This document shows positions 9,204 through 17,684 of a stretch of DNA of 59,952 nucleotides, piece after piece. The position numbers and the translations under genes are program-made. Source of the DNA: Rubritepida sp. (GTDB lineage Bacteria > Pseudomonadota > Alphaproteobacteria > Acetobacterales > Acetobacteraceae); NCBI GenBank assembly GCA_028291455.1, contig JAQGHY010000180.1, forward strand, positions 1 through 59,952, given 5' to 3'. Position 1 is the first letter of the stretch; each line of letters opens with the position of its first letter. Under the pieces are notes generated by a model. The model was not told the origin of the DNA, did no database searches, and saw only the letters and a list, made by a program, of their open reading frames with translations.

Positions 9204-10559
9204 ATGCCGAAGCTGACGGACCGGTTCATTCTAGCATTTGCCCCGGCTGAGGGCGCGAAGGATCGGCTCACCTTCGACACTGAGGTGAAGGGGCTCGGCC
9301 TCCGCGCCACGTCCTCCGGAACAAAGACATTCATCGTCCAGTGGACGGACAAGGCCACGGCGCGGAAGGTCCGGGAGCCCATCGGCGTGTGGGGTGCCAT
9401 CACCCTGGAGCAGGCGCGCGAGGCAGCCCGGATCCGGCTTGGACGCGTGGCTGCCGGCTTCAATCCAAAGGCCGAACGCACAGCTCGAGCCGCCGAGGAG
9501 GCAAAGCAGCGCGAAGAGGTGGCTCAGGCGAAGATTGACGCCGCCTTCACGCTTGAAGCTTTGATCGATGATTGGGCCCGGCTCCACCTCTCCAGCCGCC
9601 GGCCGCGCTACTCGGCCGAAGCGCAGCGCGCTCTCCGGCTGACCTTTAAGGCCCAGCTGGGCCGCTCCGCAGCGACCTTGAGGCATGATGCCGTCATCGC
9701 CGCGCTGGACAACCTGGTGGGTGAGGGCAAGGCCGCCACGGCGCGCCTGACGATGGCCTATGGACGCTCCTGCTATGGCTGGGCGGTGAAGCGTCGTCGA
9801 CTGGTCCTAAACCCCTTCGCTGGGCTTCCTGCCATCGAGGGAAGCAGCACCTCTCGCGACCGTGTCCTAAGCGACGAGGAGATCGGACAAGCTTGGCGCG
9901 CGGCAGTGAAGGTGCCAGCGCCTCACGGTCCATTAGTGCGCTTCCTATTGCTGACGCTGGCCCGGCGGGATGAAGGGGCCCGGATGACCTGGGGGGAGAT
10001 CGCCGCGGATCTCTCGACCTGGACGCAGCCCGGGGAGCGGACGAAGAACGGGAAGCCCCACGTCGTGCACCTGGCTGACCCGGCGAAGGCGATCCTCCGC
10101 GAGCTGCTCGGGGTGCCGGAGCGAAAGCCGCTGCCTGCGCTGCCTCCTGCCAGCCAGCTGATCTTCGGCCTTGCCCGCAATCGGCCGATCACGGCCTTCA
10201 GTTGGATCAAGCGGGAGATGGAAGCGGCGATCGCTGCTGAGCTCGAGATGCGGCCAACTAGGGCCGATAGGACGGCTTCCGCGTTGGCGGCGTGGGTGCT
10301 GCATGATTTCCGGCGCTCGGGCGTCACCTGGCTCGCTGGGGCCGGGTTCCCGCCGCACGTCGCCGACCGACTGCTCAACCATGTTGGCGGGACGATCTCT
10401 GGCGTTGCGGCGGTCTATCAGCGCGGAGAGTTCTTGGCTGAGAGGAAGGCGGCACTGGATGCTTGGGCGGTGCACGTTGTGGCGTGTGCTGGGGGGCGAG
10501 AGGCGACGCCTAAGGTAACGAGCCTCGATAGCGAGAGAAAACGGCGACGCGCACGGTGA
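9204..10559 (+). CDS. int: Tyrosine integrase with N-terminal arm-binding domain (P4-like)
   Basis: D.EVKGLGLR..SGTKTF arm domain; catalytic R (LARRDE), K (TKN), HDFRR, LNH, AVY all present. Confidence 0.95.
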   Translation: MPKLTDRFILAFAPAEGAKDRLTFDTEVKGLGLRATSSGTKTFIVQWTDKATARKVREPIGVWGAITLEQAREAARIRLGRVAAGFNPKAERTARAAEEAKQREEVAQAKIDAAFTLEALIDDWARLHLSSRRPRYSAEAQRALRLTFKAQLGRSAATLRHDAVIAALDNLVGEGKAATARLTMAYGRSCYGWAVKRRRLVLNPFAGLPAIEGSSTSRDRVLSDEEIGQAWRAAVKVPAPHGPLVRFLLLTLARRDEGARMTWGEIAADLSTWTQPGERTKNGKPHVVHLADPAKAILRELLGVPERKPLPALPPASQLIFGLARNRPITAFSWIKREMEAAIAAELEMRPTRADRTASALAAWVLHDFRRSGVTWLAGAGFPPHVADRLLNHVGGTISGVAAVYQRGEFLAERKAALDAWAVHVVACAGGREATPKVTSLDSERKRRRAR

Positions 10560-10699
10560 GGTTGGAGAGCGCCCAGCGGGCCGTGGAATTAGGCCCGCCG
10601 CTACAGCCGCGCAAGATGGCCGCTTCGGTGATTGACAAGGGGAAGAGCGCCATGGCGGCGGCCGAGTCCAAGAAAGAAAATTTATTTGTCAAGGGGACT

Positions 10700-10728
10700 C
10701 TTGCGTGTGCAGATTTCCGAGTCTAAAT
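10700..10728 (+). promoter_or_regulatory. Putative RpoD promoter for the small RNA
   Basis: CTTGCG-N17-CTAAAT versus alphaproteobacterial consensus CTTGAC-N17-CTATAT; AT-rich tract upstream. Confidence 0.55.
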
Positions 10729-10731
10729 AGG

Positions 10732-10811
10732 GGCTAGCTCATCTACCAGCCTACGGGCGTCAGTGTGGAAGGAGTTTCAGCCCCGTTCCCGTAAGGGGGC
10801 GGGGCTAGCCA
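10732..10811 (+). ncRNA. Candidate structured small RNA convergent with the DUF3800 operon
   Basis: AGCUC/GAGUU and UCUAC/GUGGA stems, C(UACG)G tetraloop, 12 bp stem with GUAA tetraloop; four G-U wobbles pair only on the + strand. Confidence 0.6.
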
Positions 10812-11290
10812 TTTGTGGACGAGTATGTGCGCCAACGCTTGATAAATTTATTGACCTGATGCGCGTAGGGCAGCGGATAGGCTGTCCAGGGCAAGACGAA
10901 GTCCTCACGCTCCGCCAAAATAAATATATATCCGGCGTCTTCGCATAAAATATAAGTCCGCCTACCCCTGGACCCTTCCTCAGACCAAATCTTAAGGCAA
11001 CTATCCTCGCAGTTTTCAATAATGGCTTTTGGCCAAGCAATGCGCTCACACCGCCGCATATCCGGCGTGCGATCTTCCTCGATCGACCCTTCTGATATGA
11101 AATGCCAGAAGGTGGCCTCTCGTCCGAGAATAACTGGATTCCGCTTTAAGCCTACGCGTTTACCTCGAAATTTCAGGGGTGCGCCCCGGAAGTCCAGTTT
11201 GAATTGATCATATAACGCATCGAGGTATTTATCCCAATCACCTCTATGCTCGTCTAAAGTCAACAGCGGAGGAAGCCATAGCGGATTCAT
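10805..11290 (-). CDS. DUF3800 partner protein (resembles phage P1 RlfB-like family, from recollection)
   Basis: 161 aa AT-rich ORF with WLP..L, FWHFISEG, PD.RRCERI.W, WTAY motifs; ATGA overlap with DUF3800 gene. Confidence 0.7.
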   Translation of the reverse strand: MNPLWLPPLLTLDEHRGDWDKYLDALYDQFKLDFRGAPLKFRGKRVGLKRNPVILGREATFWHFISEGSIEEDRTPDMRRCERIAWPKAIIENCEDSCLKIWSEEGSRGRRTYILCEDAGYIFILAEREDFVLPWTAYPLPYAHQVNKFIKRWRTYSSTNG

Positions 11291-11994
11291 GGCTCTTCTG
11301 AACCACGCCAGATCAAGATGTTAAACTTCTCCTCGCGGTACAAAGTATTTTTGTCAAGGGTGTATCCGCTACGCTTAGATATCCGATCGATTAATGCAGT
11401 CTTACCGGCATTAGCATTTAATCCCCTCGCGCGATATGCCATTGCACCGATGAGAACGTCGGCCAGTTGCGCTTGCTGAGTCTCATGGGATCGAACTTGC
11501 TGTACACGCTGAATGACAGTGCGGGAAAAATCATAAGCGTTGTTGCAGAGGACATCGTGCAGTTTGTTTACTTTAGAATTGCTACGAGTGTCTTTAATAT
11601 CCAGATAAATTCTGTAAGCTGAATCTGGTTTCAAAATGACTTTAAGCATGTTAAAATACATTTTATAATACCAATCATCATGGGATTGGTTAAAATGATT
11701 ATGGTTTATTACAGATTTGTTCGGGATTACGAGACATCTAAAGTTCAAATGGTCATCGTCAAAGAAATAGTCGATTAAATCCATATAGAGTTGAATTTTT
11801 CCGAGGCTAACTTTTGTCCATTTGAACTCGAAATCCTTTGGCATTTTGTGCCGCAAACGAATCTCGTTAATGCGTTCAGCGATTTCGCGCTTCTTAGCTT
11901 CCGGGCACCATAAAGCACCGAAGACCATAGCGCGTTGTCCGTCATGCTCTAAGTGGCAAGACTCGTCGCAATAAACGTTCGTTACCCCATCCAT
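11287..11994 (-). CDS. DUF3800 domain protein
   Basis: N-terminal VYCDES and C-terminal QLAD hallmarks; AT-rich; start reassigned to MDGVTNVYCDES. Confidence 0.85.
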   Translation of the reverse strand: MDGVTNVYCDESCHLEHDGQRAMVFGALWCPEAKKREIAERINEIRLRHKMPKDFEFKWTKVSLGKIQLYMDLIDYFFDDDHLNFRCLVIPNKSVINHNHFNQSHDDWYYKMYFNMLKVILKPDSAYRIYLDIKDTRSNSKVNKLHDVLCNNAYDFSRTVIQRVQQVRSHETQQAQLADVLIGAMAYRARGLNANAGKTALIDRISKRSGYTLDKNTLYREEKFNILIWRGSEEP

Positions 11995-12151
11995 GTTGGA
12001 TAAATGATCGCCCTGCAGGGTGTTGTCGAGACCCATTTCGACGAAAGTGGCCCGCCAGTTCACTCTGACCTTCTGCTCGCTTGCATCGGCGGCTATAGAT
12101 TGCCATACGGTGCAGATCAAAAAATGGGCATTTATAAGGACTTGGAGCCTC

Positions 12152-12316
12152 GTGGCGATAAACTCAAAGGCTTGGCTGGAAGGCCGGGTTGCGGGGCTCA
12201 AAGGCGAGCCGGAGCATAAGAACCCCTATCGCGGCGCCGACTTTGAGACCTGGTACCGAGGGTGGAAGACGGGACGGGCAGGCACTGAGCCAGAAAACAG
12301 CAGCAAAGGGTCATAG
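12152..12316 (+). CDS. Small Rmf/CrpP-fold-like protein (54 aa)
   Basis: GGAG RBS then GTG; AWLEG..AG..G.....NPY......W..GW..G pattern. Confidence 0.6.
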   Translation: MAINSKAWLEGRVAGLKGEPEHKNPYRGADFETWYRGWKTGRAGTEPENSSKGS

Positions 12317-12510
12317 AGGCTACAATGCTTGAGGTGGAGGAGAGGATGCCCGATGTTCGCCAGCAGGCCCTCACAGTGCGATAGCGGCCGGGTGTCGCGA
12401 AAGCGGTGAGATGCCCGGACTGGACGCCACTATCGTCCTGAGGTGAACGGCCCGGCTGGCGTGGCCTACACAGCCACGGGCGTGATTCTGAGCTGCTGAG
12501 GAGGAGTCAC

Positions 12511-13044
12511 ATGGCCGACAAGGTACCCCGCACTGAACTCACAAGGGCTATAGGCGAATCATCCAAGCCCTTTGAGGAGACAGCGCGCAAAGGCGAAGAG
12601 ATTGCCGCCAACATTGTCCGAGACGGCCTAAAAACCATCGTGCTGCTTAACTCTGGCGCAGCCCTAGCCATGCCCGCCGTCACCACCTTCATCGGCTTCG
12701 ATGCAGCAGCAAAGGCGTCGCTGATCTACCCGATGGGGCTGTTTGCCGTGGGCGTGATCAGCGGCGTGTTCGCGATGGCGACTGCTTATTTCGCAATGTG
12801 CATGCACATTGAGGGCAGCCGGGCCGATGGGGAATTGCGGCAGCACCAGCATCTTCACTTCCTCACCGACACGATGGAAGCATCCGGCGTCAAAGAGTTG
12901 GAAGCGAAAAAGACCGAGAAGCGCGATGACTGGTGGCGTCGCTATAAGCGCTGGCGACTCGCCGGTATGGTGCTATTCGCGCTTGCCTTGGCCGTTTTCG
13001 TCGCCGGCGCGATCTGGGTCTTCTGGCTCGCGTTGATGAAGTGA
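12511..13044 (+). CDS. Hypothetical membrane protein (about 3 TM)
   Basis: GAGGAG RBS; three hydrophobic segments, basic stretch before last TM. Confidence 0.7.
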   Translation: MADKVPRTELTRAIGESSKPFEETARKGEEIAANIVRDGLKTIVLLNSGAALAMPAVTTFIGFDAAAKASLIYPMGLFAVGVISGVFAMATAYFAMCMHIEGSRADGELRQHQHLHFLTDTMEASGVKELEAKKTEKRDDWWRRYKRWRLAGMVLFALALAVFVAGAIWVFWLALMK

Positions 13045-13093
13045 CGGCGTGTGGAGAGCGGCAATTGCTCGCGCTCCCGGAAATCGTCGATGC

Positions 13094-13969
13094 TCACGGA
13101 CCCGCGCGCCTGTCATGCGCGAGCTTCATGAGCGCGGCTAAGACCTCGGCTTTGCCCTTCACGTCCGACGAAGAGAGACGGAGCCGGTACAGGCTCCAAC
13201 GGGCGTTGTATTCGAGCTTGTCGAGCCCGGCTTCCTCGATAATCGCGTCCACATCATCGCTCTGGGGCAGCTTGAACTCGATGGTCAGCGTCGATTTCTT
13301 GGGCCGAAAGGCCACGAAGTTGTAGGGAAGCCCATCGCGGCCGAGCCCAATATAGTGCTTGTTGTATTTAAGGGCCACAGAGGGATCAAGCTTGCGGATC
13401 ATCTCTAGGCACTGGTCGACCAGACCCAGCGTCGCTTTTGATCCTTTGCCTTCCCAGTAGGGTCTGTCAGCAGGAAACGCCTCAGCCTCTTCATCCTCGT
13501 CTACGAGCCCGCGGGCCATCTCGTCCATGACACGCGTGAAGATGATCGTGGTCTTACCCCCCACCTTGAGAGCCTGCATCTGAAGGGCAATCAGCGGGAT
13601 GGTACCGTTGAAAAGAGCGATTACGTTGAGAAAACGGCTCGTGATGTCCTCGGCGATCATCACGGCGCAGTGGTCATACTGCGGGTAACGCTTTCGCTCG
13701 ATATCCCAATATTCGATTGTTCGGATGATATGCGTCTCGTCGGTCGGGCCGAGTTGCAGTTCGACCTCGTAGCGGCGCTTGGTGTCGGGATCTTGCAGGA
13801 GCAAATCGAGGCGGCCGGCGCGGGGCTGGATGCGCTCTTTCTGGCGCAGTTCCAGGTCGCCGAGGCCCAGGATGCTCGGATCGTCGGCGATGAGGTCCTG
13901 CACCCACTTCTCAGTCAACTCAGGGTGTGCGCGCAGCGAAAGACGCTCCGCCCGCTCGAAATCTACCAT
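13094..13969 (-). CDS. PD-(D/E)XK nuclease-like protein (NucS-like N-terminus, DUF5655-like C-terminus)
   Basis: AAGGAG RBS; E..VQD.I..DPSILGL, GRLDLL, EVELQ, AVMIAEDI motifs. Confidence 0.7.
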   Translation of the reverse strand: MVDFERAERLSLRAHPELTEKWVQDLIADDPSILGLGDLELRQKERIQPRAGRLDLLLQDPDTKRRYEVELQLGPTDETHIIRTIEYWDIERKRYPQYDHCAVMIAEDITSRFLNVIALFNGTIPLIALQMQALKVGGKTTIIFTRVMDEMARGLVDEDEEAEAFPADRPYWEGKGSKATLGLVDQCLEMIRKLDPSVALKYNKHYIGLGRDGLPYNFVAFRPKKSTLTIEFKLPQSDDVDAIIEEAGLDKLEYNARWSLYRLRLSSSDVKGKAEVLAALMKLAHDRRAGP

Positions 13970-14164
13970 GGAGGCTCCTTAGTGCCCGCGGCGACTATCT
14001 AGAAGGCAACGGCATGCATCAAGGAAGTCAACCGAAAGCGCACGTCCGGGGCCGAGCGCGGGGCCTGTCCCTGCTCCACTACTAAGGGCATGCTAGGTAG
14101 ACCCGCATCCAGGCGAAGAAGCCGACGGCTTCTGCCGGGGTAGTGGCGATTCCATCTGCCCCTC

Positions 14165-14371
14165 TCAGGGCGTCTTCGCTCCGGTATCGAAGGAGTCGCA
14201 CCACGCCTGGGCCTGCTCCTGCGTCTTTGGCCGCCAGTCGGCATCGCGGTGCCATAGCCCGGGAGCACGCTCGGTCTCGGCGAAGAAGATCTCCTGCTCG
14301 TCGCCGGAGCTCGTCTCAATAGTTCTGACGACCACGCGTCGCGCGGAGCTCTTGCCTGTGATGACGGTCAT
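14165..14371 (-). CDS. Small hypothetical protein (68 aa)
   Basis: GGAGG RBS, ATG start, co-oriented with neighbours. Confidence 0.55.
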   Translation of the reverse strand: MTVITGKSSARRVVVRTIETSSGDEQEIFFAETERAPGLWHRDADWRPKTQEQAQAWCDSFDTGAKTP

Positions 14372-14449
14372 TCTCGCCTCCCCGATCCATCAATTGTATC
14401 AGGCATCCTCTATCAGGTCCCCCAGAGGCACCAGCGCGTTTGCCAGGCG

Positions 14450-14932
14450 TTACCTATCCGCCTGCATGGCTGCGAGCGTTCGCTTCGCCTTCTCGACGAC
14501 GTCAGCCGGCAGCTCTGCCGCGAAGTCGATCGCGATCTGCTCATACGAGCAGTCGAGCCGGTGGTACTCGGCCAGTCGCTTGAGCCCGTCCGTCGGCTTG
14601 CCGCTCTTCAACGCTACAAGCAGCGCTCCCTTCGGGCCGTGGTCCCTGATCGCGCGCTCTGTGTAGCCCGCCGGCTGATTACGTCCGTGCTTGTGCTTCA
14701 GGATCTCGCGATACACGCGCAGTGCCTCAAGGACGCGGCCCTCCAGCGTGTCGCCGCCCGCTTTCACTTTTAAGGCCTTCGCCAGATCTACGTCGCGGAT
14801 GCGAGCCTCGGTAAGGGAGGCGACGGTTTCGTTCCCCGCCTTCCGGTTGTGCTCGAGGCAGCTGCGGAGCCAGGCTAAATCCGTCGAAGCGTTGATTGCC
14901 ACGATAAGGTTGGACGGCGCTGCATCAGCCAT
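14450..14932 (-). CDS. Hypothetical helical protein
   Basis: GGAG RBS, 160 aa ORF with normal composition in the leftward cluster. Confidence 0.7.
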   Translation of the reverse strand: MADAAPSNLIVAINASTDLAWLRSCLEHNRKAGNETVASLTEARIRDVDLAKALKVKAGGDTLEGRVLEALRVYREILKHKHGRNQPAGYTERAIRDHGPKGALLVALKSGKPTDGLKRLAEYHRLDCSYEQIAIDFAAELPADVVEKAKRTLAAMQADR

Positions 14933-15033
14933 TGGTGGAATACTCCGGTAGCGTCTTCCTCAGCCTCACCCCGGGCCTCGCCATCCTTTTGCATGGATCG
15001 TTTTGACCCTTCCTGAATACGGCTGCACGCGCC

Positions 15034-15228
15034 CTAGCGGGTCAGGGTTCGCCACCAATAGTCCAGAGCATGCGAGTTGACGCTAAACCAAACCGCAAGG
15101 TTTCCGACTACGCATGATCCGAACCAAAGACGAGCAGGTTTTGTATCTGACTTAAGGCAGGCGACAGCCAGACCAGTTGCAAGCACCAGAAAAATCAAGC
15201 TGCCGGGATTGAACTCTCGATTTTGCAC
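15034..15228 (-). CDS. Small two-TM hypothetical protein
   Basis: GTG start 1 nt after the RHH gene stop; two hydrophobic segments. Confidence 0.5.
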   Translation of the reverse strand: MQNREFNPGSLIFLVLATGLAVACLKSDTKPARLWFGSCVVGNLAVWFSVNSHALDYWWRTLTR

Positions 15229-15229
15229 G

Positions 15230-15391
15230 TCACTTGCCCGCGCTGGCTTTCAGCCCCCACACCACCAGCCGGCGAATTGCTTCTGATCGCGAAGGAAGGT
15301 CTGGCTGCGCGCGTCGCCAGTCGTCCACTGACGCTATGAATGCCTTAGAAGTCACTAGCTGAACGCGCTGATCAAGCTTCGGGTCATCCAT
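15230..15391 (-). CDS. Ribbon-helix-helix (CopG/Arc-like) regulator, 53 aa, not in ORF track
   Basis: MDDPKLDQRVQLVTSKAFIASVDDWRRAQPDLPSRSEAIRRLVVWGLKASAGK; DDWR..Q...PSRSEAIRRLV is a typical RHH pattern. Confidence 0.8.
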   Translation of the reverse strand: MDDPKLDQRVQLVTSKAFIASVDDWRRAQPDLPSRSEAIRRLVVWGLKASAGK

Positions 15392-15428
15392 AAGACAACG
15401 TTACGCCAAACGCGTCGGTTGCTGCAAG

Positions 15429-15469
15429 TGTGTAACTTGCTTGACGACCCGAGCAACATGTGTAAGTTG
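15429..15469 (+). promoter_or_regulatory. Rightward promoter with two operator-like repeats
   Basis: TTGACG (15441)-N16-TAAGTT (15463); TGTGTAACTTG (15429) and TGTGTAAGTTG (15459). Confidence 0.6.
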
Positions 15470-15539
15470 AGGCGGCCAGGTGAAGCGGCTGAAACGCTCC
15501 ATCTGGCCTAACCACAACCCGCTGTGGAGCAACAGGATC

Positions 15540-15941
15540 ATGGCTACCCAAAAGAATAGCACCCCGCGCAAGCCCGCGAAGGGTGAAAGGAAAGCTGCGA
15601 ACCAAGACGAGCGCAAGGCCACTGTAGCCGACTACGCGAGGCTGGAGTTTGACGGTGATGGCGGAGCGACACTTGCTGCGCTGAAGGGCGTCGACGACTT
15701 GGGCGATCGTCTAAGTAGCCATGCAACGGCGGTCACGATCGCGGCCCGCTTGCTTGGCCAAGATCACCATCAGGTGCGCCAAGCCTGCATCAGCGAACCT
15801 GACGCCATGATCGAGGTCTCTGGCTCTATCGAATCCTCAATGGCTTTCTTTCGCGCCGCGCTAGAGATCCTGCAGAGCGCGAATGTCCGCATCTTGGCGG
15901 GCCTTAGCTACGCCGCTCACCTGCCGGGCGCGCCAGCATGA
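15540..15941 (+). CDS. Hypothetical phage-type protein
   Basis: AGGA RBS, ATG 15540; first gene of rightward operon. Confidence 0.65.
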   Translation: MATQKNSTPRKPAKGERKAANQDERKATVADYARLEFDGDGGATLAALKGVDDLGDRLSSHATAVTIAARLLGQDHHQVRQACISEPDAMIEVSGSIESSMAFFRAALEILQSANVRILAGLSYAAHLPGAPA

Positions 15942-16321
15942 GCGCGGCAGGCGTGATCGTCTCCTGCGCCATTCTGGACGCGGCGAGCATCGCTGAGCTG
16001 GTTTCGTGTAGCCGGCTCATGAACGCGGCAATGGATGGATTGCCGCAGTGCTTCCAGGACGAGCACATAGGCGGTTTGGTGGAGATGGACGACCGGCTCT
16101 TGGAGTACCTGGCGCAGCGCGTGCCGGGCTCGGCCGAGGATTTCGCCCACAAGGCGGCCTATCTGCTCGCACGGCAGAGCGCGAAGGATATGTCGGCCGA
16201 TGTTGCCGATCTGGTCGTGGAGGCGCTGGAGGCGGATGCCGCGGCCCGCCTGCTTAGGCAAGATCACCATCAGGTGCGCGACGGCATGCTGCTACAGGCC
16301 GCTGGCGGCACAGCGTCGTGA
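15938..16321 (+). CDS. Hypothetical protein
   Basis: ATGA overlap with previous gene; shares AARLL.QDHHQVR with it. Confidence 0.55.
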   Translation: MSAAGVIVSCAILDAASIAELVSCSRLMNAAMDGLPQCFQDEHIGGLVEMDDRLLEYLAQRVPGSAEDFAHKAAYLLARQSAKDMSADVADLVVEALEADAAARLLRQDHHQVRDGMLLQAAGGTAS

Positions 16322-16432
16322 CAAGGTATCCATCGACTGACGGGGCTAGGCTTGGCCGCCGATCGCCTGGCTCTCCGCGCTGGGATGCCCCGTCTACTTT
16401 CACCTGCGGATGGCGCTGCGGAGGCGTAAGTG

Positions 16433-17101
16433 ATGAGCGACGAGGCGACCGATCACGCAGCCCAGTTGGCCGCCCATTTGGCCGCCATCGACTGGGAGGC
16501 GAGTATCGAAACCTTCCATGCACTAGCGAAAGAAACGCAGAACCCGATTTACGCTTGGCACGCGCTCGAGGCGCGCTTCAAGGGCAAGCTCGGCGCCGGG
16601 TTCGAGAAGGACATCGGCGGAGAGTTCACAATTCCCGGATGGGTTGCGGAGTATCTGCTCGCCGTGATGTTGAACGTTCTCGACCTAGCCGCCGGAATCG
16701 ATCCACGCATCGAGAAATCCGGGGCAGATCCTGGCGAGGCCACAAAACCGAGTGTCGCGCAGTACCGCACTCCGGAGGAGATCCTTCAGTCACCGGAGTG
16801 GAAGGCGCACATGGAATCGGTAAGCATCTCGCCCAACGACGCGATGAAGCTCCTGCCTATGGTACTGGGGCTGACGCGCAGGGGTGGGTGGAACGCCTTC
16901 TCCGCGTTCAAGGCGAGCACCGCCAAAATGCACGAAGCGAACTCGTACGACGCCATGCGAGAAGGCGGCGTGCCGTCGAAGATCGCTCTCCACGCCATCA
17001 GCAGCGTCATTGGCGTGGGCGATCCATCGCATATGAGTCGGCGGATCCGCGATGGGCGACAACTCGTCAAGCGCGCAAAGGCGGCGAAGCGACCAGGGTA
17101 G
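16433..17101 (+). CDS. Hypothetical protein with possible C-terminal HTH
   Basis: GGAGG RBS; 222 aa ORF upstream of the AlpA-like gene. Confidence 0.65.
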   Translation: MSDEATDHAAQLAAHLAAIDWEASIETFHALAKETQNPIYAWHALEARFKGKLGAGFEKDIGGEFTIPGWVAEYLLAVMLNVLDLAAGIDPRIEKSGADPGEATKPSVAQYRTPEEILQSPEWKAHMESVSISPNDAMKLLPMVLGLTRRGGWNAFSAFKASTAKMHEANSYDAMREGGVPSKIALHAISSVIGVGDPSHMSRRIRDGRQLVKRAKAAKRPG

Positions 17102-17254
17102 GTTTCGACATGGCGAAACCACCCCATTTGGTTGCGCCATGGCGGAACTAGTGGGGGTGTCGAAACCACCCCTTAGCTGTTCCTAAACACGTTTCTGCGC
17201 AGCTATTTGTTTGCCCGGCGGCGCGTGTCGCGCCGCTTCACGAAAGGGCAGTTC

Positions 17255-17470
17255 ATGCAGCGCCACCTGACACCGGAAATGCTGGCCGAGCGGCATCACG
17301 TTTCTCTCCGTACCCTCGAGCGTCAGAGAGGAGATGGCTCCGGGCCTCGGTGGATTCGGATTGGCCCGAGGAAGGTCATCTATTCCATCGCCGAAGTGGA
17401 GGCATGGGAAGCTTCGCGCATGTACGCCAGCCGCGCCGCCGAGCTTTCCTCGCGGTCGAGGGCTGCATGA
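17255..17470 (+). CDS. AlpA/excisionase-like HTH protein
   Basis: LTPE.LAER..VS.RTLER.R..G.GP.W..IG.RKV.Y....V.AW pattern. Confidence 0.85.
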   Translation: MQRHLTPEMLAERHHVSLRTLERQRGDGSGPRWIRIGPRKVIYSIAEVEAWEASRMYASRAAELSSRSRAA

Positions 17471-17684
17471 TGCGTCACGCGGTTCTGGCCGGCGTCTCGC
17501 TCACCGTGATGCTCGGCTTCGTCGTCACAGCTGATCTCCAGAAGATCCGCACGCCCTGAAACGCAGAACGCCCGGCACAAGACCGAGCGTTCCGAGAGCT
17601 ACTAACCATGAAGAGGCCATTATCTACGCCTCGCTCTCGCTGCGTTCAAGGGCTTTGTGTCGAGCATGTCCGGAGACCCGAGAC

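Noticed and set aside
10730-10811. tRNA-Ala-like or hammerhead identity for the small RNA (starts GGGGCTAGCTCA, ends CCA)
   Set aside because: No TTCRA T-loop or cloverleaf, and no correctly arranged CUGANGA/GAAA core
11995-12201. N-terminal extension of DUF3800
   Set aside because: The YxDES motif normally sits at the N-terminus, and the extension overlaps the divergent small gene
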